Shown here piece by piece: positions 38,161 through 48,854 of a DNA stretch of 64,000 bases. The position numbers and the translations under genes are program-made. A model generated the notes under the pieces. The model was not told where the DNA came from. It saw only the letters and a list, made by a program, of their open reading frames with translations, and searched no databases. The stretch comes from Hallerella sp. GTDB lineage: Bacteria > Bacillota_I > Bacilli_A > RFN20 > CAG-826. Position 1 is the stretch's first letter; each line of letters opens with the position of its first letter. The stretch covers positions 25,696 to 89,695 of the forward strand of contig CAVJFO010000009.1 of the NCBI GenBank assembly GCA_963648925.1, in the 5' to 3' direction.

Positions 38161-39204
38161 ATGAAAAAAAATCTATTCGGATACACACTTAAAGCCTTAG
38201 AAGAAGAAATGGAATCTCTTGGCGAAAAGAAATTCCGCGCTACTCAACTTTTCACCTGGATTTACGTTAAAAAAGTTTATGATTTCGACCAAATGACCGA
38301 CATATCAAAAACTTTCCGCGAAAATCTAAAAGAAAATTATTGTCTTACTTTACCAACCGTTCAAATTGAACAAGTAGCAGAAGATGGCACGATAAAACTC
38401 CTTTTGAATATGGAAGATGGAGCAAAAGTCGAAACTGTTCTTATGCGTTACGACTACGGAAACGCCATTTGCGTTTCTTCTGAGGTTGGCTGCCCAATGG
38501 GATGCGAGTTTTGCGCTTCGGGAATTTTAAGAAAAGACCGAGTTTTAAGTGCGGCTGAGATGGTTGGCCAGGTTATAGTGATGAACCAAAAACTTTATGA
38601 AGTTGGCGAAAATGTCACTCATATCGTTGTTATGGGAACTGGCGAGCCATTCGATAATTACGATAATGTCTCCGCTTTTATCCACATTATGAATGAAGCA
38701 AAAGGACTAGCGATTGGCGCTAGACACATAACGGTCTCGACATGTGGCATAATTCCAGGCATTAAAAAATATGCTAACGAAGGCATCCAAGTTAACCTTG
38801 CTATCTCTTTACATGCCTCAAATAACAAAATCCGTTCTTCATTAATGAAAGTAAATAACGCTTATCCGTTAGAAGAATTAATTCCTGCGGTTAAAGAATA
38901 TGTTGAAATTAGCGGAAGAAGAGTCACTTTCGAATATATCATGATTAAAGGACTCAATGATCAAATTGAGCATGCTAAAGAATTAGTCAGTCTTTTAAAA
39001 GGCGTTTTCTGCTATATTAATCTTATTCCGCTAAATCCAGTAAAGGAAAAGCCGTTTGAAAGAAGTCTTAGAGAAAATGTTAAACGTTTTTCTGAATATT
39101 TAAATTCCCACGGATTAAATTGCACCGTAAGAAAAGAATGGGGAACTGGAATTGACGCCGCATGCGGCCAACTCCGTGCAAGAACGATAAAAGAAGGTAA
39201 ATAA
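38161..39204 (+). CDS. rlmN: 23S rRNA/tRNA A2503/A37 C2-methyltransferase RlmN (radical SAM)
   Basis: 347 aa with CPMGCEFCASG, VMGTGEPFDNYDNV and the C-terminal AACGQL. Confidence 0.93.
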   Translation: MKKNLFGYTLKALEEEMESLGEKKFRATQLFTWIYVKKVYDFDQMTDISKTFRENLKENYCLTLPTVQIEQVAEDGTIKLLLNMEDGAKVETVLMRYDYGNAICVSSEVGCPMGCEFCASGILRKDRVLSAAEMVGQVIVMNQKLYEVGENVTHIVVMGTGEPFDNYDNVSAFIHIMNEAKGLAIGARHITVSTCGIIPGIKKYANEGIQVNLAISLHASNNKIRSSLMKVNNAYPLEELIPAVKEYVEISGRRVTFEYIMIKGLNDQIEHAKELVSLLKGVFCYINLIPLNPVKEKPFERSLRENVKRFSEYLNSHGLNCTVRKEWGTGIDAACGQLRARTIKEGK

Positions 39205-39205
39205 T

Positions 39206-39976
39206 ATGAGCGATTATCATGGAACTTACGCCTATAAAACTGACATAGGCATGGTTAGAAAAACCAATGAAGACCAAGCTTTGATTCTTATGAATTCCGA
39301 TAATGAGGTTTTCATGGTCGTTTGCGATGGCATGGGCGGAGCAGAAAAAGGCGATGTTGCATCTAAATTAGCCATTGACCAACTTTCTGAAGCTTTCAAG
39401 AAAAAAAGAAAGCACCATTTTGCCTTCAACGACAAACAATGGATCACAAAAGCTTGCAAAACCGCCAATAAGAAAATCTACTCTTTAAGCGAGAAACTTA
39501 GAAAATCCGAAAAAAGAAATGAGCCTTTAGGAATGGGCTGCACGATGGTTGCCGCTCTTATTAGTGGAGATAGATTGATGATCGCAAATATCGGGGATTC
39601 TCGTGCGTATCGTTTAGAAAATGGTTCTTTGAAACAATTAACAAAAGACCAAACATATGTCGATTATCTAGTCAGAACTGGAAAATTGAGCGAAGAAGGA
39701 GCTAAAACTCATCCTGATCGTCATGTTTTGACGAATGCTTTGGGCGTTTATAATTCTCTTTCCATTTCCATTGATGAGCATCGTTATAACGGAGAAACGA
39801 TTTTGCTTTGTTCCGATGGGCTTTATAACAATCTTGAAACGAAGGAAATCGCCAATATTCTTTCAACTGACGAAAGAACGGATCAAAAAGTCATTTCTTT
39901 GATTTCGGTTGCCAATCATGAAGGCGGATCTGACAATATTGGTATTGCCTTATGGGAGTGCATAAATAATGATTAA
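39206..39976 (+). CDS. prpC: PP2C-family Ser/Thr phosphatase
   Basis: 256 aa with NEDQALI, VCDGMGG, ANIGDSRAY, LLCSDGL and GGSDNI. Synteny with the kinase gene. Confidence 0.9.
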   Translation: MSDYHGTYAYKTDIGMVRKTNEDQALILMNSDNEVFMVVCDGMGGAEKGDVASKLAIDQLSEAFKKKRKHHFAFNDKQWITKACKTANKKIYSLSEKLRKSEKRNEPLGMGCTMVAALISGDRLMIANIGDSRAYRLENGSLKQLTKDQTYVDYLVRTGKLSEEGAKTHPDRHVLTNALGVYNSLSISIDEHRYNGETILLCSDGLYNNLETKEIANILSTDERTDQKVISLISVANHEGGSDNIGIALWECINND

Positions 39977-40859
39977 AATTGGTGACGTCATCGATGAACG
40001 CTATCGTATAGTTGGTCGTATTGCCCATGGTGGAATGGCCGATGTTTACGAAGCTTTTGATATTGTTCTTAGACACGCCGTTGCCTTAAAGGTCATGCGT
40101 GAAGACATGATGGGGGATCAAAAAAATATCAACCGTTTTAATCATGAATGTCAAGTTGCCTCAACCTTAAACAACCCAAACGTTGTCAAATGGGAAGGGC
40201 AAGGCGTTATTGAATCTCGCCCTTATATGGTCAATGAGTACGTTGAAGGGAGAACCCTTAGAGATAAATTGAATATCTCCGCGACACATAACCTCTCAGC
40301 GTCTGAAGCTTGTGAGGTCATGCTTCAACTCACCTCTGGTATGGCATATGTGCATAATCACGGAATTATCCATGCTGATATAAAACCCGACAATCTCTTT
40401 TATCTTGTAGATGGATCGATCAAAATAACTGATTTCGGCATTGCTTCTTTCAAAGAAGAATTAGGTCAAACAATTAAAGATAAAAATGTTGTAAGCGGCA
40501 CGATTTATTATTGCGCACCTGAGGTTTTAATGGGAAAAGAACCATCTGTTGCCTCAGATATTTACGCTATGGGCGTACTGTTTTTTGAGATTTTGACGGG
40601 CAGAATCCCTTTTGACGCGCCAACGACAGAAGAAATCGCCGTTAAACAAATTAAAACGAAATTTCCTGAGCCTTCTAAAGTTTTATCTAGCATCCCACAA
40701 TCTTTAGATAAAATAATCTTAAAAGCATGCAAGAAAAGACCGGATGAAAGATATACTTCCGCTTTGATGATGCATCAAGCTATCGAAGATGCGTATAAAG
40801 ATGATAAAAATTTCAAAGAAAAACGTTCATGGATTGCGCGTTTTTTCGGGTTTAAATGA
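39969..40859 (+). CDS. prkC: Hanks-type Ser/Thr protein kinase, catalytic domain only (no TM segment, no PASTA repeats)
   Basis: 296 aa. VALKVM (Lys), HECQV (Glu), catalytic loop IIHADIKPDN (HAD in place of HRD), ITDFGIA, YCAPE. It ends right after the kinase fold. Confidence 0.85.
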   Translation: MIKIGDVIDERYRIVGRIAHGGMADVYEAFDIVLRHAVALKVMREDMMGDQKNINRFNHECQVASTLNNPNVVKWEGQGVIESRPYMVNEYVEGRTLRDKLNISATHNLSASEACEVMLQLTSGMAYVHNHGIIHADIKPDNLFYLVDGSIKITDFGIASFKEELGQTIKDKNVVSGTIYYCAPEVLMGKEPSVASDIYAMGVLFFEILTGRIPFDAPTTEEIAVKQIKTKFPEPSKVLSSIPQSLDKIILKACKKRPDERYTSALMMHQAIEDAYKDDKNFKEKRSWIARFFGFK

Positions 40860-41536
40860 TGAAATTAGATTTAAAAAGTTTAAAGAAGCCTATTATTTCC
40901 CCCTCCTTATTGACTGCCGATCGCTCTAATTTGCTAAAAGAGAGCCTTCGCGCTCAAGAAGCGGGTGCTTTGTTTATTCACATTGATGTAATGGACGGAA
41001 AATTCGTTCCTAACGTTTCTTTTTCTTTAAGAGAAATCTCCTCTTTTACAAATAAACATTCCATGTTGAACGATGTTCACTTGATGATTGAAGAGCCTAT
41101 ATTACATATAAAGGATTATGTAGATGCAGGGGCTGATTTGATTACTTTTCATTTAGAAGCTTGTAAAGATGAAGAAGAGGTATTCAAAACAATCGATCTT
41201 ATTCATTCTTATAATTGCTATGCAGGAATATCAATAAAACCAAAAACTGATGTTGAAAAACTTCTTCCTTATATCAATAAGGTTGACCTTATTCTTTTAA
41301 TGTCGGTTGAACCTGGCAAAGGTGGTCAAAAATTCATTGTAGAATCTTTATCTAGAGCAAAGAAAATCAAAGAAATGATTGATAAGAGCGTAAACAAACC
41401 GTTATTAGAAATCGATGGAGGAATCAACGAAGAGACCGGTAAGGCATCACTTGAAAACGGAGTTGATGTTCTTGTCGCTGGCTCTTATTTATTCGGTCAT
41501 GAAGATTTGAAAGAGAGAATTGAAAAATTATTATGA
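40856..41536 (+). CDS. rpe: ribulose-phosphate 3-epimerase
   Basis: 226 aa with SLLTAD, HIDVMDGKFVPN, MSVEPGKGGQKF and EIDGGIN. Confidence 0.93.
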   Translation: MMKLDLKSLKKPIISPSLLTADRSNLLKESLRAQEAGALFIHIDVMDGKFVPNVSFSLREISSFTNKHSMLNDVHLMIEEPILHIKDYVDAGADLITFHLEACKDEEEVFKTIDLIHSYNCYAGISIKPKTDVEKLLPYINKVDLILLMSVEPGKGGQKFIVESLSRAKKIKEMIDKSVNKPLLEIDGGINEETGKASLENGVDVLVAGSYLFGHEDLKERIEKLL

Positions 41537-42213
41537 AAATCTATTTGCTTATAATGATTGCTATTTCTTTGATTCTCTTTGCGGAATTGCCATTTTTAAT
41601 TTACTCAAGTAAGAAAAAAGAAGGGGAAGTTTTTAATATAAGGCAATATTTTATTTATGAAGCATTTTCTTCGAAGAAGGAGAAGATGTTAAGGGTTTTC
41701 CAAGCTTTCCTCATCTTGCTAAATGTTGCAATTTCTATTTGCCTTTATTTTTTGCCTAGCGATTTAACAATTACTTCAAATAGCTACTTTTTATTGATAG
41801 CGACATCTGAGGTCATAATCATGGCTCTTTTCTTAATGCTAAGTCTACTTTCTTTTAGAAAAGAAAAATTAAGAGTCGCATCTTTCATGTTTTATGGAGC
41901 CTTTATTGCCATAAGAAACGGAACAGCAGGTTTCATTCTCTTATCTATAAGTAGAAAAACGGTCGAGAATAATTCTCTTCTTTCTCTTATTTTTGCCGTT
42001 CTTTGCTTCATTTTTGCGGTAATGGCTTTTATTCCACTATTGAATCCTAAATTAGTCAATTACGCTAAACTCGATCAAGTAAGCGAAAAAGACGGAACTC
42101 TTTCATATCAAAGACCCAAATATTTTGTGATGGCTTTTTCTGAATGGCTTCTATTCTTTTTCGACGAATCAAGTTTTGCCATAACCATCTTATTTTTCTG
42201 CCTTGTCCTTTAA
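41533..42213 (+). CDS. integral membrane protein, function unknown
   Basis: 226 aa, about 6 hydrophobic segments. 4-nt overlap with rpe. Confidence 0.65.
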   Translation: MKIYLLIMIAISLILFAELPFLIYSSKKKEGEVFNIRQYFIYEAFSSKKEKMLRVFQAFLILLNVAISICLYFLPSDLTITSNSYFLLIATSEVIIMALFLMLSLLSFRKEKLRVASFMFYGAFIAIRNGTAGFILLSISRKTVENNSLLSLIFAVLCFIFAVMAFIPLLNPKLVNYAKLDQVSEKDGTLSYQRPKYFVMAFSEWLLFFFDESSFAITILFFCLVL

Positions 42214-42234
42214 ACAAAAATATATGTATATATA

Positions 42235-42268
42235 AAGAAAAAACGAGCAAACGCTCGTTTATTTTTCT
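42235..42268. terminator. bidirectional rho-independent terminator (shared by 41533-42213 and rpmB)
   Basis: Stem AAACGAGC (42241-42248) / GCTCGTTT (42253-42260), loop AAAC, A-run upstream and T-run downstream. Confidence 0.75.
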
Positions 42269-42285
42269 TTTAGATTACCAACAAA

Positions 42286-42501
42286 TTAAGCAGCTGGTTC
42301 AGTTTTGGAAGCAGCTTTGACTGATTTGTTTAAGCTACGATAGGCACGTGCGCTCATCTTAACTGAAACCATTTTACCGTTGATGTTAATTTTATAAGTT
42401 TGTAAATTAACGTTCCATCTACGGCGAGTTGCTAAGACAGAGTGGGAACGGGAATTACCGCTCATTGGGCCTTTTCCTGAAATTGGGCATTTTCTTGACA
42501 T
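42286..42501 (-). CDS. rpmB: 50S ribosomal protein L28
   Basis: MSRKCPISGKGPMSGNSRSHS...RRWNVNLQ. Start at ATG 42501 with a GAGGTG SD. The track's longer ORF would include the promoter. Confidence 0.92.
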   Translation of the reverse strand: MSRKCPISGKGPMSGNSRSHSVLATRRRWNVNLQTYKININGKMVSVKMSARAYRSLNKSVKAASKTEPAA

Positions 42502-42537
42502 AACTATCACCTCTTCGTGCGTAAAATCGCAAGAAAG

Positions 42538-42566
42538 AATATAACACCAAGAGAGGCTTTTGACAA
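42538..42566 (-). promoter_or_regulatory. rpmB promoter (-35 TTGTCA, 17-nt spacer, TGt-extended -10 TATATT)
   Basis: Reverse complement reads TTGTCAaaagcctctcttggTGtTATATT. It lies ~37 nt upstream of the rpmB ATG. Confidence 0.55.
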
Positions 42567-42676
42567 TGATAAAATAATTTTTGACCAAAACTTTTTCTCG
42601 TTTTGGTAAAACTTTAGCAAAAACGGCGAAATTTAATCATTTTGCGATACTTTTTAATCTAAAATTATTCGATTTA

Positions 42677-42685
42677 TGCTAGAAT
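42677..42685 (+). promoter_or_regulatory. extended -10 box TGcTAGAAT upstream of glgC
   Basis: It lies ~58 nt before ATG 42744. glgC has a strong GAGGAGG SD, so this transcript has a leader. Confidence 0.35.
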
Positions 42686-42743
42686 TATTTCGATAAAGAT
42701 AACATATCTCAATCTCACTTTCGATAATATGAGGAGGACTACT

Positions 42744-43877
42744 ATGTCTAGCAAAATGGTTGCCATGATTCTTGCAGGTGGCAAAGGAACGAGATTAAAG
42801 GCCTTGACTTCAAAAGTTGCAAAGCCTGCCGTTTCATATGGTGGTAAATACCGCATTATTGACTTCCCTCTTAGCAATTGCGCTAATTCAGGGATTCGTA
42901 ATGTTGGTGTTTTGACCCAGTATGAGTCGAGCGAATTAAATGAATACGTCGGAAACGGCGAAAAATGGGGATTCAACGGAGTTAGATCATCCGCCTCCGT
43001 TTTATCGCCAAAACAAACTGAAGAAGGCTCTTCTTGGTATCGCGGAACTGCCGATGCCATCTATGAAAACCTCGATTGGTTGGAAAGAATGGATCCAGAT
43101 TACGTTTTGATTCTTTCTGGCGATCACATTTATTCATGCACTTATAATGAGATGCTTCAAAAACATATTGATTCCAATGCGGATTGCACGATTTCCGTCT
43201 ATCCAGTACCAATGGAAGAAGCATCAAGATTTGGCATTCTTGTAACGGATGAAACTGGAAGAATCACCCAATTCCAAGAAAAACCAAAAAAACCAATGAG
43301 CAATTTGGCCTCAATGGGCATTTATATCTTTACTTATAAAACTCTCCGTCAATATTTAATTGCGGATGCTAAAGAAGACACTGAACATGATTTTGGCAAA
43401 AACATCATTCCTAATATGATGGAAGACAAGAAGAAACTTGTTGCTTACACATATCATGGATATTGGAAAGATGTCGGAACTATCGCCTCTTTGCATGAAG
43501 CAAATATGGACTTATTGAAAAACGAGAAAACTGGCGAAAATATCTATTCAATTTTCGGAAAGAACGTAATTCTCTCAGAGGATAAACGTTCAGTTCCTCA
43601 ATTTATTGGTCCAAAAGCAGACGTCAAAGATTCCTTAATCAACCAAGGTGCTCAGATTTATGGCAAAGTTAATCATTCGGTCATTTCTGGTGGCGTAGTG
43701 GTTGAAGAAGGCGCGGTTTGCAAAAATGTCGTTATTATGCCAGGGGCAAGAATCGCAAAAGGCGCTAGAGTTGAAAACGCCATTATCGGGCCTAACACAT
43801 TAATCGAAGAAAAAACTCAAGTAAACGTTGGGGGAGAAGATATCGACCTCATAGTCAATAGAAAGGCGGCCAAATAA
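42744..43877 (+). CDS. glgC: glucose-1-phosphate adenylyltransferase
   Basis: MVAMILAGGKGTRLKALT, YGGKYRIIDFPLSNC, WYRGTADA and a C-terminal left-handed beta-helix repeat. Start at ATG 42744. Confidence 0.93.
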   Translation: MSSKMVAMILAGGKGTRLKALTSKVAKPAVSYGGKYRIIDFPLSNCANSGIRNVGVLTQYESSELNEYVGNGEKWGFNGVRSSASVLSPKQTEEGSSWYRGTADAIYENLDWLERMDPDYVLILSGDHIYSCTYNEMLQKHIDSNADCTISVYPVPMEEASRFGILVTDETGRITQFQEKPKKPMSNLASMGIYIFTYKTLRQYLIADAKEDTEHDFGKNIIPNMMEDKKKLVAYTYHGYWKDVGTIASLHEANMDLLKNEKTGENIYSIFGKNVILSEDKRSVPQFIGPKADVKDSLINQGAQIYGKVNHSVISGGVVVEEGAVCKNVVIMPGARIAKGARVENAIIGPNTLIEEKTQVNVGGEDIDLIVNRKAAK

Positions 43878-43878
43878 G

Positions 43879-44997
43879 ATGAAAGACGTAATTGGTTTAT
43901 TAGATACACATAATGATCCCGAATTAGGCGAATTGACGGCTAATCGCCCATTTGCCTCAACAACATTCTTAGGGAGATACGCCTTCATGGATATCGTCAT
44001 GTCGAATTTTTCGAATTCCGGCATTGACACAGTTGGTATTTTAGTCAAGGATCATCAACGTTCCATCCTTAAACATATGGGCAACATGTCTTCATGGGTC
44101 AATAACACAAAAACGGACAAATTAACGATCTTACTTAATGAAAAGGGCTTGCTTAATCCTCCATATAACACGGATTTAGCTAATATCAAAGAGAATGATT
44201 ACGTTCTTTATGATTCATCAGCTTCAATCCTCGTCTTTCAAACTCCACACGTTGTCGCACCAATTGACTTTGGCCCAATCATTGAAGAACATAAAGCGAG
44301 AAAAGAAGAAGTTACCGTTGTTTATAAGAAAATAAATGACGGCGATATAAATTTTGTTGGCGGATATCGCTTTGCAATTGACGAAGAAGGATATCTCACC
44401 GATGTCGATATCAACGACGGTTCCAAGAAAGAAATAAATGCTTCTCTTGAAACTTGGATTATCAACCGCGTAACGCTTGCTAAAATCGTTGAAGAAAGCA
44501 AAAAACACTCTCTTTCAATGGGTATTGGCGATATTATCCGCTATGCCGTTAAACACGGTTTATTCAAAGTTCATGCTTATGAATATGATGGCTATGCAAG
44601 AAACTTCAATTCATTGAACAAATATATTGAATACTCTTTCGAATTATTAAAACCTGAAATTGCTAAAACTCTTTTCAAAGATGATTGGCCAATTTTCACC
44701 ATCACGCACGATACTTGCCCAGCCTTATATGGCGCAAATTCGAAGATTTCTAATTCTTTTATCGCTAATGGATGCGTGGTTGAAGGGGCCGTTGATAATT
44801 GCATCCTTTGCCGTGGAGTTCATGTTGGCAAAGGCTCAAAACTTAGCAATTGCATCGTTCTTCGTGGAACGAAAATCGGTGAAAAAGTTACTCTTTCTAA
44901 TGTTGTAATCGATAAATATTCCATTGTTACCGATAGACACACGATCGAAGGAGACAAAGATACGCCAATTTACGTTCACCAAGGAGCTATTATATGA
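43879..44997 (+). CDS. glgD: glucose-1-phosphate adenylyltransferase subunit GlgD
   Basis: 372 aa, GlgC paralogue lacking the GGxGxRL motif (LGELTANRPFASTTFLGRYAFMDIVMSN). Position between glgC and glgA as in Bacillota. Confidence 0.85.
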   Translation: MKDVIGLLDTHNDPELGELTANRPFASTTFLGRYAFMDIVMSNFSNSGIDTVGILVKDHQRSILKHMGNMSSWVNNTKTDKLTILLNEKGLLNPPYNTDLANIKENDYVLYDSSASILVFQTPHVVAPIDFGPIIEEHKARKEEVTVVYKKINDGDINFVGGYRFAIDEEGYLTDVDINDGSKKEINASLETWIINRVTLAKIVEESKKHSLSMGIGDIIRYAVKHGLFKVHAYEYDGYARNFNSLNKYIEYSFELLKPEIAKTLFKDDWPIFTITHDTCPALYGANSKISNSFIANGCVVEGAVDNCILCRGVHVGKGSKLSNCIVLRGTKIGEKVTLSNVVIDKYSIVTDRHTIEGDKDTPIYVHQGAII

Positions 44998-46433
44998 AGA
45001 TAGCGATGTTTGCATCTGAAGCTTTGCCATTTTCAAAAACTGGTGGCTTGGCCGATGTTTCCTACGCTTTAAGTAAGGAATTAGCAAAGGATGGAGACGA
45101 AGTAATCATCGTCACCCCCTACTATCAAACAATAAAAAGAAAATGTCTTAACCTTGAATATGTTGGAGTCTTACCAGTCAACGTTTCTTGGAGAAAACAA
45201 GACGCAGAAATTTTCTCGACTACTGTCGACGGGGTTAAATATTATCTTTTAAGCAACGGATATTATTTTGATCGCGACAACATTTATGGCTATCACGACG
45301 ATAGCGAGCGTTTCGCTTTCTTTTCTATCGCCTGCCTAAATCTTTTAAAATATGTTAACTTCCAAGCTGACATAGTTCATGTTCATGATTGGCAAGCTGG
45401 CATGGTTCCAACCTTATTAAAGGAAAAATATTCATTCGATAAATTCTACGCTTCAATGAAGACCGTCCTTACGATCCATAACCCAGCATTCAAAGGTTTA
45501 GTTGACCGTTATTTTCTCAATGATTTCTGGGGGCTTAGCGATGAGTTATATGATAATGGGCGCGTAAGATTCGACAATATGGTTTCCACCTTAAAAGCAG
45601 GAATTGTCGACGCTAATAAAATAACAACGGTTTCGCCAACTCATAGAAATGAACTTCTTGATATCTATTCTGATCAAAGATTGAATGGCATTTTAGAGTT
45701 AAGAAAGAATGATTTTGTCGGAATTGTCAATGGAATCGATTACGAAGAATGGAATCCTTCAAAGGATAAATACACCGTTGCATCATATGATGCGAAAGCT
45801 TGGAAGAAAGGTAAAAAAGAATGCCAGAAAGACCTTTTAAAAACCTTTGGAATAGAAAAAGGCAAAGGGCCTTTATTCGGCGTTGTTTCCCGCCTTTCAT
45901 GGCAAAAAGGCATCGATTTAATCATTGATGCGATGTATGGCTTCCTTAATGAATACAATGACTGCTCATTGGTTGTTTTAGGAAGTGGAGAAGAAGGACT
46001 TGAGGGCAGAATTCAATCTCTTAGGGACCAATATCCAAATCGCGTTGGAGTTTATATCGGATATAACAACGAATTATCACACAAGATTTATGCTGGATGC
46101 GATTTCTTCCTCATGCCATCGCTCTTTGAACCATGCGGGATTTCGCAAATGATTTCCCAGCGTTATGGCACCTTGCCTGTTGTTAGATACACTGGTGGAT
46201 TAGCTGATACCGTTGAAGGACTTGATGAGCCAAATGTAACTAAGGCAGACGGCATCGGATTCTACAATTATGACGTCAATGGTCTTTCTTATGCTATGGG
46301 AAAGGCGAAAGATTTATACCTAAATGCTCCAATTTACGATAAAATCGTAGGCAATGCGTTAAAGAAAGACAATTCTTGGAAACGCAGTGCTAAGCAGTAT
46401 CGTGCTCTATATGAGGAGATTTCTGCTAAATAA
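44994..46433 (+). CDS. glgA: glycogen synthase (ADP-glucose type)
   Basis: 479 aa with SEALPFSKTGGLADV, HVHDWQAG and PSLFEPCGISQM. Confidence 0.93.
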   Translation: MKIAMFASEALPFSKTGGLADVSYALSKELAKDGDEVIIVTPYYQTIKRKCLNLEYVGVLPVNVSWRKQDAEIFSTTVDGVKYYLLSNGYYFDRDNIYGYHDDSERFAFFSIACLNLLKYVNFQADIVHVHDWQAGMVPTLLKEKYSFDKFYASMKTVLTIHNPAFKGLVDRYFLNDFWGLSDELYDNGRVRFDNMVSTLKAGIVDANKITTVSPTHRNELLDIYSDQRLNGILELRKNDFVGIVNGIDYEEWNPSKDKYTVASYDAKAWKKGKKECQKDLLKTFGIEKGKGPLFGVVSRLSWQKGIDLIIDAMYGFLNEYNDCSLVVLGSGEEGLEGRIQSLRDQYPNRVGVYIGYNNELSHKIYAGCDFFLMPSLFEPCGISQMISQRYGTLPVVRYTGGLADTVEGLDEPNVTKADGIGFYNYDVNGLSYAMGKAKDLYLNAPIYDKIVGNALKKDNSWKRSAKQYRALYEEISAK

Positions 46434-46445
46434 TAAGGAGCATTT

Positions 46446-48854
46446 ATGAGCTACAATCACAAAGAAATTGAAACGAAGTGGCGTAAATATTGGGAAGATA
46501 ACAACACATTCTTCTGCGACACTTATGATTTTTCTAAACCAAAATATTACGTTTTGGATATGTTTCCATATCCTTCTGGACAAGGACTTCACGTCGGCCA
46601 TCCTGAAGGATACACGGCAACGGATATCGTTGCTAGAATGAAAAGAATGCAAGGATATAACGTCCTTCATCCAATGGGATGGGATGCTTTTGGCCTTCCA
46701 GCTGAGCAATTCGCCATCAAAATGAATCAACATCCTGAAGAATTCACAAGAAAAAATATTGCTAACTTCAAAAATCAAATTCAATCATTAGGCTTTTCTT
46801 ATGATTGGTCGAAAGAATTTGCGACCATTGATACAAAATATTACAAATGGACTCAATGGATTTTCACGAAGATGTTTGAAAACGATTTAGCCTATGTTGC
46901 GGATATTCCTGTTAATTATTGCCCGGAATTAGGGACAGTTTTAGCTAATGAAGAAGTAATTGATGGCAAATCCGAAAGAGGCGGATTCCCTGTTATTCGC
47001 ATGCCTATGCGTCAATGGGTTCTTAAAATAACCAAATATGCTGATCGCCTTGAAGAAGATTTAAAAGGACTTGATTGGCCAAAATCCACCTTAGAGATGC
47101 AACGTAATTGGATCGGAAAATCCAAAGGCGTTGAAATCACCTTCAAAATAAAGGATTCTGACGAATCGTTTAAAGTCTTTACGACTAGAGTTGACACCTT
47201 ATTTGGCTGCACTTATTGCTGTTTAGCTCCTGAACACCCACTCGTTAAGAAACTTGTTTCACCTGAACAAAAAGAAGCGGTTCTAAACTATGTTGAAGAA
47301 TCTACCCATAAATCTGATCTTCTTAGAACTTCCTTAGCGAAGGATAAGAGCGGCGTTTATCTTGGCGTTTCTGCCATCAACCCAATAAACGGAAGAGAAA
47401 TTCCCGTTTACGTTGCTGATTATGTCTTAGGCAGTTATGGAACTGGTGCTGTTATGGCTGTCCCAAGCCACGATTCAAGAGATTATGCTTTCGCTAAAAA
47501 ATATAATTTGGAAATCATTCCAGTCCTTGAGGGCGGAGATATTAGCAAAGAAGCATTTGAAGGAGATGGCCCACATATTAATTCATCCTTTGCAAATGGC
47601 ATGAATATTGCTGAGGCAAAAGGCGCAATAACAAGAAAACTTGAAGAATTAAATGCAGGACACGAGGTAACAAATTATAAGCTCCGTGACTGGATTTTCT
47701 CTAGACAACGTTATTGGGGTGAACCAATTCCTATGATAACTAGAGAAGATGGAAAAGAAATCGCCTTAAAAGAAGACGAACTTCCTCTTGTCTTACCAGA
47801 AATGGATAACTATCAGCCAACAAAAGACGGCAAGCCACCGCTTTCAAAAGCACCTTCATCTTGGTTAAACGTCGAAGTTGATGGAATGAAGGGAGTTAGA
47901 GAAACTAACACCATGCCTCAATGGGCTGGTTCTTCTTGGTACTATATCCGTTATATCGATCCGAATAACGACAATGCCATAGCTGATCCAAAACTCCTTG
48001 AGCATTGGTTGCCAGTTGATTTGTACATAGGCGGGCAAGAACACGCTGTTTTGCATCTTCTTTACGCCCGTTTCTGGCATAAGTTCCTTTATGATATTGG
48101 CGTTGTTAAATGCAAAGAACCATTCCAAAAACTCTATCACCAAGGAATGATCTTAGGATCTAATGGTGAGAAGATGTCTAAGTCTCGTGGAAATGTCATT
48201 AACCCTGACGATATCATAAACTCCAATGGTGCTGATTCCCTCCGTCTTTTCGAAATGTTCGCTGGTCCATTAAGCGAGGCAAAGCCATGGTCCACGACAG
48301 CCTTAGATGGTTCAACTAGATTCATTGAACGCGTTTATCGCTTAGTTGATGATGAAACGTTCAAATTGAGAATTAGCGATGAAAATTCTGGCGAATTAGA
48401 CTATTCCTACAACTTCCTCGTTAAGAAGGTTAGCAAGGATTATGAAGATCTTTCCTTCAATACGGCAATTTCTCAAATGATGATTTTCATCAATGATTGT
48501 TACAAAGCCAAATCTCTTTATCGCCCATACATTGAGAATTTCGTTAAGATGTTCTCTTGCGTTTGCCCATTTGTTGGCGAAGAGATGTGGGAAAAACTCG
48601 GACATTCTTCTACCTTAGCTTATGAAAAATGGCCAAGTTATGACGAGAACAAACTAGTTATAAATACGGTAACTATTGGCGTTTCGATAAACGGCAAAGT
48701 TCGCGATAGCATCACCTTAAGCAAGGATGCAACGCAAGAAGAGGCTATCTCCCTTGCTAAAACTTCCGAAAAAGTCGCAAAATACCTTGAAAACGTTACT
48801 ATCAAGAAAGTCATATACGTCCCAGGAAGAATCCTGAATATCGTTGTTGCTTAA
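46446..48854 (+). CDS. leuS: leucyl-tRNA synthetase
   Basis: 802 aa with [16 protein letters not shown] (HIGH), KMSKSRGN (KMSKS) and a CP1 editing domain. Confidence 0.97.
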   Translation: MSYNHKEIETKWRKYWEDNNTFFCDTYDFSKPKYYVLDMFPYPSGQGLHVGHPEGYTATDIVARMKRMQGYNVLHPMGWDAFGLPAEQFAIKMNQHPEEFTRKNIANFKNQIQSLGFSYDWSKEFATIDTKYYKWTQWIFTKMFENDLAYVADIPVNYCPELGTVLANEEVIDGKSERGGFPVIRMPMRQWVLKITKYADRLEEDLKGLDWPKSTLEMQRNWIGKSKGVEITFKIKDSDESFKVFTTRVDTLFGCTYCCLAPEHPLVKKLVSPEQKEAVLNYVEESTHKSDLLRTSLAKDKSGVYLGVSAINPINGREIPVYVADYVLGSYGTGAVMAVPSHDSRDYAFAKKYNLEIIPVLEGGDISKEAFEGDGPHINSSFANGMNIAEAKGAITRKLEELNAGHEVTNYKLRDWIFSRQRYWGEPIPMITREDGKEIALKEDELPLVLPEMDNYQPTKDGKPPLSKAPSSWLNVEVDGMKGVRETNTMPQWAGSSWYYIRYIDPNNDNAIADPKLLEHWLPVDLYIGGQEHAVLHLLYARFWHKFLYDIGVVKCKEPFQKLYHQGMILGSNGEKMSKSRGNVINPDDIINSNGADSLRLFEMFAGPLSEAKPWSTTALDGSTRFIERVYRLVDDETFKLRISDENSGELDYSYNFLVKKVSKDYEDLSFNTAISQMMIFINDCYKAKSLYRPYIENFVKMFSCVCPFVGEEMWEKLGHSSTLAYEKWPSYDENKLVINTVTIGVSINGKVRDSITLSKDATQEEAISLAKTSEKVAKYLENVTIKKVIYVPGRILNIVVA

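Noticed and set aside
42502-42588. 29-codon N-terminal extension of rpmB in the ORF track
   Set aside because: L28 begins MSRKC. The extension would contain the SD and the good -35/-10 promoter at 42538-42566.
42674-43227. Antisense ORFs inside glgC, and similar ones inside atpA, atpD, groEL, leuS, priA and others listed in the track
   Set aside because: All lie within strongly conserved genes on the opposite strand or in another frame, with no independent signals.
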